Below are positions 57,332 through 64,000 of a DNA stretch of 64,000 nucleotides, piece by piece. How positions within the stretch are numbered: the first letter of the stretch is position 1; every line of letters begins with the position of its first letter. Position numbers and translations under genes: made by a program. Under the pieces are notes generated by a model. It did not search any database, was not told the DNA's origin, and saw only the letters and a list, made by a program, of their open reading frames with translations. The stretch spans positions 37,260-101,259 of the forward strand of contig JAEOSK010000006.1 of assembly GCA_016840405.1 (NCBI GenBank). Reading direction: 5' to 3'. Source of the DNA: Candidatus Hermodarchaeum yapensis. Its GTDB lineage: Archaea; Asgardarchaeota; Hermodarchaeia; Hermodarchaeales; Hermodarchaeaceae.

Positions 57332-58684
57332 CTACCATTTGCCCATTTCATCTATTACTACAGCGATGCGTTTCATGGCTTTGACGAAGTTATCAACCGC
57401 AGCGCTTTCATTCGGTGAATGCCCACGCGATTCAGAATCACCAATACCAATGGAAACCATAGGAACATGGTCTTTGAAGAGGTATAAGGGTCCGGACCCA
57501 GGCGTTGTGGGATGCACACGCAAGGCGTGTCCGTAAACCTTCTGATTCGCTCTTTCAACTATTTTGACGAAGGGGTGATCTATGGGTGTCTTAGCAGCGG
57601 GGTAGCCATCATACCAGGCAATCTTCACATCTGAGAATCCTTTGGCGTCTAAGTGGTTCCGAAGTTTCTTCACGATATCTTCAGGATGTTGGTTTTCAAC
57701 TAATCGGAAGTCAATTTTGGCGGAGGCCTTTGCTGGAAGTACCGTCATTGAACCTTCCTCTTGGTAGCCGCTAGTGAGCCCATCAATGCTGAGGTGAGGG
57801 AGATAATAGTAAGCTTCTCTCAAATCTTCGCCTTCATAGTTGTTCACAAACTTATCGATTTTCCAGAACTTGCGACGAGCATTCTCTTCAAAATCAATCT
57901 TAGCCACGAATTCTCGTTCTTTCTTCGTCATCGGTACAACATCATCGTAGAAGCCTTTGATTTGAATGCGTTCCTTTTCATCCTTTAGTGAACTTAGTGC
58001 CCAGACTAGCCGGAAGGGTGCAGATGGGAGAATGGATGAGTTGCTGGAATGCGCATTGTGAGAGATGCGTTGTACCTCAAACTGGACGTATAGGATTCCT
58101 TTGAGTCCAAGCCAGGCTTCCTGAGTGCCATCGAATCCCGCACTCCCAAATTCCCAGATGCCGCCATCGGCTTTGAGGAAGTTAGCATGCTTTTTGGTAA
58201 AATCCGGAAGGTTGGGACTGCTAATCTCTTCTTCACCCTCAACGACAAATTTGATATTGACTGGAAGCTTGACACCAGCTTCTTTGTATGCGCGGAGAGC
58301 CCAAATACGTGAAAGGGTATCACCTTTGTTGTCTGCGACACCGCGTGCATAGAGCCTGCCATTTCGTATCTCGGGTTCAAAGGGCGGTGAATCCCAGAGT
58401 TCTAGGGGTTCAGCGGGTTGCACATCGTAATGATCGTAGAATAAGAGGGTACGTTTAGCCCCAACATCAAGATAACCAGTTACAACCGGGGAACCAGCCG
58501 TGGGATGAAGTTGGGTTTCGATGCCAACAGCCTCAAGCATCTTCATGAGGAGATTCGCAGTCTCATCAATCCCCTGTTTCTTGGCTGCCACGGATGGAAT
58601 GCTACAAATTTCCTTAACCGCATCAATGGCCCGATTGGCATTTTCATCGATTTTTTTCAACACACTGTCAAGCATTTTCATCAA
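57332..58684 (-). CDS. M20 family dipeptidase (ArgE/DapE/CNDP-like)
   Basis: HYDVQP, W.S.PF, ARG.ADNKG, EGEEE.SS, H.PNE. Confidence 0.9.
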   Translation of the reverse strand: MMKMLDSVLKKIDENANRAIDAVKEICSIPSVAAKKQGIDETANLLMKMLEAVGIETQLHPTAGSPVVTGYLDVGAKRTLLFYDHYDVQPAEPLELWDSPPFEPEIRNGRLYARGVADNKGDTLSRIWALRAYKEAGVKLPVNIKFVVEGEEEISSPNLPDFTKKHANFLKADGGIWEFGSAGFDGTQEAWLGLKGILYVQFEVQRISHNAHSSNSSILPSAPFRLVWALSSLKDEKERIQIKGFYDDVVPMTKKEREFVAKIDFEENARRKFWKIDKFVNNYEGEDLREAYYYLPHLSIDGLTSGYQEEGSMTVLPAKASAKIDFRLVENQHPEDIVKKLRNHLDAKGFSDVKIAWYDGYPAAKTPIDHPFVKIVERANQKVYGHALRVHPTTPGSGPLYLFKDHVPMVSIGIGDSESRGHSPNESAAVDNFVKAMKRIAVVIDEMGKW

Positions 58685-59179
58685 CTCTGCTTCACATGTG
58701 TTGTTGAGAGCCTTAAGTTTTCAAAAATGGTGAATGTTCACTATTTTCGTTTTATTCTGTGACCGATTTGAATCAAATGGTCATCGAATATGGGTGAAAC
58801 TCTACACCCTCTATCCCGTCCACTCTGAAGGCTTTCGGGACTGCATTCTGACCATCCGCGAATCGATTGACCGATGAGAGATCCCACGGATCATGGGAAA
58901 TGAAAAGACGACGAGATTTTAAGGAAAGAGGAGAGCAAGCGATAAGTGGATTTTTGAGACTACGGATGCCAAAAGTGAATGCTACCACCTTATACCTTGT
59001 TGTAATAGTTCTCTGAGCAACAAGTGTACACCTTCAACAATTACATTAGATATCTTTTAGATTGTTTTGAATCGATGATGTTCGCTGTTTCTTTGAGCAG
59101 GCACCAGACTTTTTTACTCTGAGAGCCGAACGAAAACTCCTTACGTAAAAAATACTTGTAACATTATGAGAGGCGTTCT

Positions 59180-60490
59180 ATGATGAGAAAGATTGGTATT
59201 CGTCGGGAGGATAAGGCGTTTGAATTACGAACCCCGATTGTACCCGCTGATGTGCAGGGTTTTTTGAAAAAGCATGGCATTGAAGTTATCGTGGAACCCT
59301 CTGAACAACGAGCCTTTTCGGAAGACACGTATGAGAAGGCTGGCGCTGCAATCAGTAAGCTCAAAGATAGTCAAGTGCCGGTGATTTTCGGACTGAAAGA
59401 GATTCCCAAAGAAGTGTTTGAACCTGGGAAAGTCTACCTCTTTTTTGCTCATGTCATTAAGGGACAGCCGTACAACATGACCATGTTACAACAAATGCTA
59501 GATATGGGAACAACACTCATTGATTATGAACGCATTGTCGAAGTAGATTCGGGACGCCGGCTTGTTTTCTTTGGTAACTGGGCAGGACTCGCTGGTATGG
59601 CTGAGACTCTTCGTGGATTAGGAGAACGCATTGCTATAGAGGGTATCACTCCGAATCCCTTTTCGGAATTACGTCCTACGTATGAATATGAAGGACTCGA
59701 CGACCTAAAGGCCGCCATCAAATCTGTAGGAGAACGCATTAGAACTGAAGGCGTTGCGCCCGAACTCGCACCATTCTGTGTGGGCTTTATCGGCTATGGT
59801 AATACATCTCGTGGAGCCCAGATAATCTTTGATTTGCTTCCTTACAAAACCGTCTCGCCAGATGAGCTTGCTGATTTACCACCAGATACACATACCCTAT
59901 ACAAGGTGGTCTTCCGTGAAGAAGATACGATCCGTCCAAAGGATCCATCAGCCAGTTTTGAATTGCAGCATTACTATGACCATGGAAAAGCCATGTATGA
60001 ATCTAGCTTCTTTCAATATCTCCCCCACCTTACGGTTCTCATGAATTGTATTTACTGGACCGATAAATACCCACGAATGATAAGAAAAACTGAGCTCCGT
60101 AAACTGTGGGAAATGACCGCAGGGAAGCCTCGACTCAAAATCGTGGGAGACATTAGCTGTGATGTTGAAGGAGCCATTGAGTTCACACTCAAGTGTACAA
60201 AGCCAGACCATCCAACTTTCGTTTATGACCCCATTGGGAAAAAGATAACAATGGGTATCGAAGGGAGAGGTGTGGTTGTAATGGCGGTGGATAACTTGCC
60301 AACAGAGTTACCTCGTGAAGCATCCACATCCTTTAGCGAAACTCTCCGACAATTCATTCCATTTATCGCCAAAGCCGATTACACCGTACCTTTTGAGAAA
60401 TTGGATCTCCCACCAGAAGTCAAGACTGCGGTCATTGTGTATCAGGGCCAACTCACGCCAGCATATGAGTATCTCAAAAAGTATTTGTAA
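59180..60490 (+). CDS. Lysine-ketoglutarate reductase / saccharopine dehydrogenase (lysine-forming) domain
   Basis: IRREDK..E.R, HVIKGQ.YN, LIDYE, NCIYW...PR, DISCD..G, VDNLPTELP.EAS. Confidence 0.88.
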   Translation: MMRKIGIRREDKAFELRTPIVPADVQGFLKKHGIEVIVEPSEQRAFSEDTYEKAGAAISKLKDSQVPVIFGLKEIPKEVFEPGKVYLFFAHVIKGQPYNMTMLQQMLDMGTTLIDYERIVEVDSGRRLVFFGNWAGLAGMAETLRGLGERIAIEGITPNPFSELRPTYEYEGLDDLKAAIKSVGERIRTEGVAPELAPFCVGFIGYGNTSRGAQIIFDLLPYKTVSPDELADLPPDTHTLYKVVFREEDTIRPKDPSASFELQHYYDHGKAMYESSFFQYLPHLTVLMNCIYWTDKYPRMIRKTELRKLWEMTAGKPRLKIVGDISCDVEGAIEFTLKCTKPDHPTFVYDPIGKKITMGIEGRGVVVMAVDNLPTELPREASTSFSETLRQFIPFIAKADYTVPFEKLDLPPEVKTAVIVYQGQLTPAYEYLKKYL

Positions 60491-60530
60491 CACATCAACA
60501 GGAACCACTGCAAAAGGAGGAAAAAATGGG

Positions 60531-61853
60531 ATGAAACAGGTACTCGTTCTCGGTGCAGGATTAGTCGCACGACCCTATGTTCAATACATGCTAGATCATG
60601 GCTACAAGGTAACGGTTGCCAGTCGAACTGTAAGCAAGGCAATGCGTCTCCTTGGCGATCACCCCAATGGAGAGGCTCGAGCATTTGACATTTCGCGTCA
60701 GGTCAAGGAATTAAAGGATCTGGTGAAACCTGCAGATCTTGTTGTGTCCTTGCTTCCGTTTACATTTCATGTGCAGGTAGCCCGGGAATGTTTACGGTAT
60801 AAAGTGAACATGCTCACGACATCTTATGTTTCTGATGAAATGCGAGCATTAGATGGGCAGGCCAAAAGTGCTGATGTTATTCTTATGAATGAATGTGGCG
60901 TCGATCCGGGACAAGACCACATGTCTGCGATGAAAATCATCCATAAAGCACAAGCAGAGGGTGGCAAAGTCCTCTCATTTACCAGTTTCACAGGAGGATT
61001 ACCAGCCCCTGATGCAAACACTAACCCCTTCGAGTACAAACTCTCCTGGAGCCCCCGTGGCGTCTTGCTAGCGGGTAGGAATTCAGCACTCTTTCTCAGG
61101 GATGGGAAAGAGATCACAATTCCTGGCGAAGAGCTATTTGCCAACTGCCACGTAGAATCTGTACCTGAGTTGGGAGATTTTGAAGGATATCCAAATCGAG
61201 ATTCACTACAATATATCGATATCTATGGGCTTAAGGGCATCCAGACAATGTTACGTGGAACCTTACGCTATCCCGGATGGTGTAAGACCATGTATAACAT
61301 CGGACGGTTAGGACTACTCGAACTCGATGAACAGCCCCTAAGCAATCTAACTTATGCAGATTTTGTGCGCAGGAACCTTAATTTCTCATCAGGTGGAGAT
61401 CTTAAACAGCAAGTTGCCAACTATCTCAAACTCCCGGTTGACGATGCTGTCATTGAAAAGCTAGATTGGTTGGGACTCTTTAATGACCAACCCATAGCAA
61501 TTGAACGTGGAGCCCCAATTGACGTAATGGTTGCACTCTTTGAAGAAAAGCTCCAATATTCGGTGGGTGAAAGAGATATGATTGTGATGCAACACCAATT
61601 CATCATCGAACATAAGGATAACACTCAGGAACAAGTACGGTCAACCCTCATTGATTATGGTATCCCTAACGGTGATTCATCAATGAGTCGCACCGTCGCC
61701 CTCCCTGCAGCCATCGCCTCACACCTAATTCTCACGGGCGAAGTTCAGTTAAAGGGTGTGCAAATACCCATAGTTCCAGAACTCTATGAGCCCATTCTCC
61801 AAGAACTCGAAACGATGAACATCCGGTTTAAGGAAGAATCCACAAAAACCTAG
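60531..61853 (+). CDS. Saccharopine dehydrogenase (glutamate-forming) domain
   Basis: LGAGLV, SLLP, TSYVS, NE.G.DPG.DH, GGLPAP, YK.SWSP.G, YPNRDS, RGTLRY; AGGAGG before ATG 60531. Confidence 0.92.
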   Translation: MKQVLVLGAGLVARPYVQYMLDHGYKVTVASRTVSKAMRLLGDHPNGEARAFDISRQVKELKDLVKPADLVVSLLPFTFHVQVARECLRYKVNMLTTSYVSDEMRALDGQAKSADVILMNECGVDPGQDHMSAMKIIHKAQAEGGKVLSFTSFTGGLPAPDANTNPFEYKLSWSPRGVLLAGRNSALFLRDGKEITIPGEELFANCHVESVPELGDFEGYPNRDSLQYIDIYGLKGIQTMLRGTLRYPGWCKTMYNIGRLGLLELDEQPLSNLTYADFVRRNLNFSSGGDLKQQVANYLKLPVDDAVIEKLDWLGLFNDQPIAIERGAPIDVMVALFEEKLQYSVGERDMIVMQHQFIIEHKDNTQEQVRSTLIDYGIPNGDSSMSRTVALPAAIASHLILTGEVQLKGVQIPIVPELYEPILQELETMNIRFKEESTKT

Positions 61854-61932
61854 GACACCTCATTTAGTTTCAAGAACCTTTTAGTAGCCAACTGTCCCTT
61901 GCTAGATAACGGGATAGAAGAGGTGCAGAACC

Positions 61933-62928
61933 ATGGAACGAAAGACCCTCATAGTTGTAATTCTCGTAATGGTAGCCGTTATTACTCTGGACGCAATTTG
62001 GGCCATTCTCAACTACATTCTCCCAATTCTGATTTATGGATGGATTGACATCGTTCCCATTATTCCAGGTCATGGCGTCACGGATTGGCTCATTCTGTTT
62101 TATCTAATCCCTATACTAGCCATTCCCCTCTACATGCTAATGGCTGTAATAACCCCTCGAGGGCTAGTCTTGCCATTGAATCGGTTACTGAATCCTGGCA
62201 GTGAGATCTACTACTATGGGGTTGATACTCAAAAACCGTCTCCCCTGTATTCAGTGTTCAGGAGAGCCATTTTCGCCTTATTGCTTACATTTGGTTTGTC
62301 CCTAAGTGTAGCAACTTACATTGGTCAATACTTCATTATCTGGGATCCAGGCCTTCCATTAGCTGTGAATGTTTGGAATACTGCGGCAGTCATTTTTCCT
62401 ATTGTATTTGTTATCCTTTCAGTAATTTTGCCCTCATCGTGGCTAATCGATGATACGAAAATACTCTTTCATAGTCAGCCACCCAGTGGTTCACAAGAGC
62501 TCTTCAGTGCTGGACGCGTGCTAACTTATCTACTTGCAGGATATGCTGGGATATCTGTTATCATCTTCTATGGTTTAATTGTCGGTTATATTGGCTTCAT
62601 CTACGCAATTGGGGCTGTCACTCCACCCTGGCCATGGGTTCCCCCCTGGTTTGTAGTTCTGATTACGCTCCTGAACCCCTTCATTTTCATATACATGCCT
62701 TTGCTAATGCTCCTAGCCTATGACCGCTACTTGCCTAGCCTTCAAAAACGCCTCCGAGCGTATATGGATGCAAGAGGCACACAACAACTCTCAACCATGT
62801 GTCTTGTGGATGTTGACATCTCCGATTATCTTGGCGCTGACGAAGCCTCTGAGCCTTTGGCAACAGCCCCTTCCGTCGAACCAGAAGATACCAAAAAAGA
62901 GATCCTAAACGATATTGGCGACGAGTAA
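61933..62928 (+). CDS. Multi-pass hypothetical membrane protein
   Basis: About six TM helices; GAGGTG RBS. Confidence 0.65.
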   Translation: MERKTLIVVILVMVAVITLDAIWAILNYILPILIYGWIDIVPIIPGHGVTDWLILFYLIPILAIPLYMLMAVITPRGLVLPLNRLLNPGSEIYYYGVDTQKPSPLYSVFRRAIFALLLTFGLSLSVATYIGQYFIIWDPGLPLAVNVWNTAAVIFPIVFVILSVILPSSWLIDDTKILFHSQPPSGSQELFSAGRVLTYLLAGYAGISVIIFYGLIVGYIGFIYAIGAVTPPWPWVPPWFVVLITLLNPFIFIYMPLLMLLAYDRYLPSLQKRLRAYMDARGTQQLSTMCLVDVDISDYLGADEASEPLATAPSVEPEDTKKEILNDIGDE

Positions 62929-62981
62929 ACATCATAACCCGTCCGGCAATGTCATATGTATCTTCACTTTAACTACTGCAC

Positions 62982-63575
62982 ATGAATCCCAATCGCCTCG
63001 CCCAGCAGATGGATTTTATTGCTGAAATTGACAAACTGAAACAAGTGGTTCGAGAATCCTGGCTCATTGACGCTAGCCGGAAAGAAACCGACGCAGAGCA
63101 CTCTTGGCACATTACTCTCATGGTAATCCTGCTGAGGGAATATGCCAATGAACCCGACATCGATATCATGAAAGTTCTCAAAATGCTGCTCATCCATGAT
63201 ATCGTCGAAATTGACGCTGGGGACACCTTCATCTATGACCAAGATCAAGCCAAGGATCAAAATGACCGTGAAATCAAAGCCGCGGACCGCCTGTTCGGTT
63301 TATTACCACCAGACCAAGGAGAGGAATTTCATCTACTTTGGCAGGAGTATGAAGCAATGTCCACACCCGAAGCTAAATTCGCTCGAGCAATTGATTCATT
63401 CCAGCCCCTACTTCTTGCCTATCTAAATGAAGGGTGCTCTTGGCGAATTCATAATATCTCAAAATCCGAAGTGATTTCATTGAAAAAACACATCCCTGAG
63501 GGTTCGAAAGCGCTTTGGAATCACACACTCACGTTGTTGAACCAAGCAGTGGAGAAGGGATTTCTCAAGGAATAA
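62982..63575 (+). CDS. HD-domain hydrolase (YfbR/HDDC2-like)
   Basis: EIDKLK..R, E.DAEHSWH, HDIVEIDAGD, EAKFA.A.D. Confidence 0.9.
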   Translation: MNPNRLAQQMDFIAEIDKLKQVVRESWLIDASRKETDAEHSWHITLMVILLREYANEPDIDIMKVLKMLLIHDIVEIDAGDTFIYDQDQAKDQNDREIKAADRLFGLLPPDQGEEFHLLWQEYEAMSTPEAKFARAIDSFQPLLLAYLNEGCSWRIHNISKSEVISLKKHIPEGSKALWNHTLTLLNQAVEKGFLKE

Positions 63576-63660
63576 ACGAGACAACACCGCCTATTTGTTT
63601 TCAAACGGTTTTTGTATTAACCGAAACATTCAAACTATTCAAGAGAGGACCTCCTAAGCC

Positions 63661-64000
63661 ATGAAGCTTGGAGACATCTATCGGTTAATCGTCGATATGG
63701 GGATTAAGGCAGATCCCCGAGGCGAAAAGAAAGTCAAGAAGGTTCTTGAAGAATCGAAAAAGAAGCACGATAAGTTGGAAGGCAGGAAGAAAGAGCTGGC
63801 AGATAAGGATGTCATTTGGAATCCTTACACGGATTGCCGCCTGTTATACGGTGATGGTGACCGTGAAGTAACAAGTCTTCTTGCCGGCATTGACATCACC
63901 CCTGGAGAAATTGTCCTAGCAGATCGATTGGGGGATAAAGGCAAGAAAATTGACCTCGTCCTGGCTCATCATCCCCACGGAATTGGCACCTCACGTTTGG
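63661..64000 (+). CDS. NIF3/DUF34 (NGG1p-interacting factor) family protein, truncated by the window end
   Basis: Hand translation MKLGDIY..GI.ADPRG...NPY.D.R.L.G...L.GID....AHHP.G. Confidence 0.8.
   Translation, partial: MKLGDIYRLIVDMGIKADPRGEKKVKKVLEESKKKHDKLEGRKKELADKDVIWNPYTDCRLLYGDGDREVTSLLAGIDITPGEIVLADRLGDKGKKIDLVLAHHPHGIGTSRL

Noticed and set aside
60315-60530. N-terminal extension of SDH overlapping LKR, suggesting frameshift fusion
   Set aside because: Strong AGGAGG precedes ATG 60531 and the SDH fold starts there; a slippery site is not required

Overview
Gene-dense archaeal chromosome segment, most likely from an Asgard-group archaeon. This is inferred from GGTGA/GGAGG ribosome-binding sites, class I LysRS, Alba, PDCD5, an IPGF/Loki-type CTERM surface protein, an LRR protein, an E2F/DP-like winged helix and a Pro-rich protein. 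About 1-40.7 kb is mostly housekeeping and stress genes: NAD salvage (pncB/pncA), ferritin plus two tandem bacterioferritin-like genes, hemerythrin, peroxiredoxin, a complete bacillithiol-type bshC/bshA/bshB cluster, a bactofilin-like beta-helix protein, mtnP, short alaS, lysS and hflX. From about 41 kb to 57 kb is an accessory tract of unrelated single genes. It begins at a structured non-coding locus whose 3' part recurs (94, 18 and 16 nt copies sharing one border) between successive genes, like a cassette array with no integrase in the window. It also holds a ~300-nt non-coding IS200/IS605-like mini-element. A second unexplained structured RNA candidate with an RNase P/MRP-like P4 pseudoknot lies at ~14.83-15.09 kb next to alba. 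The window ends with a split LKR/SDH saccharopine pair, an HD hydrolase and a partial NIF3 gene. I recognised no tRNA, rRNA, CRISPR array, integrase or transposase. All calls are by eye, without database searches.
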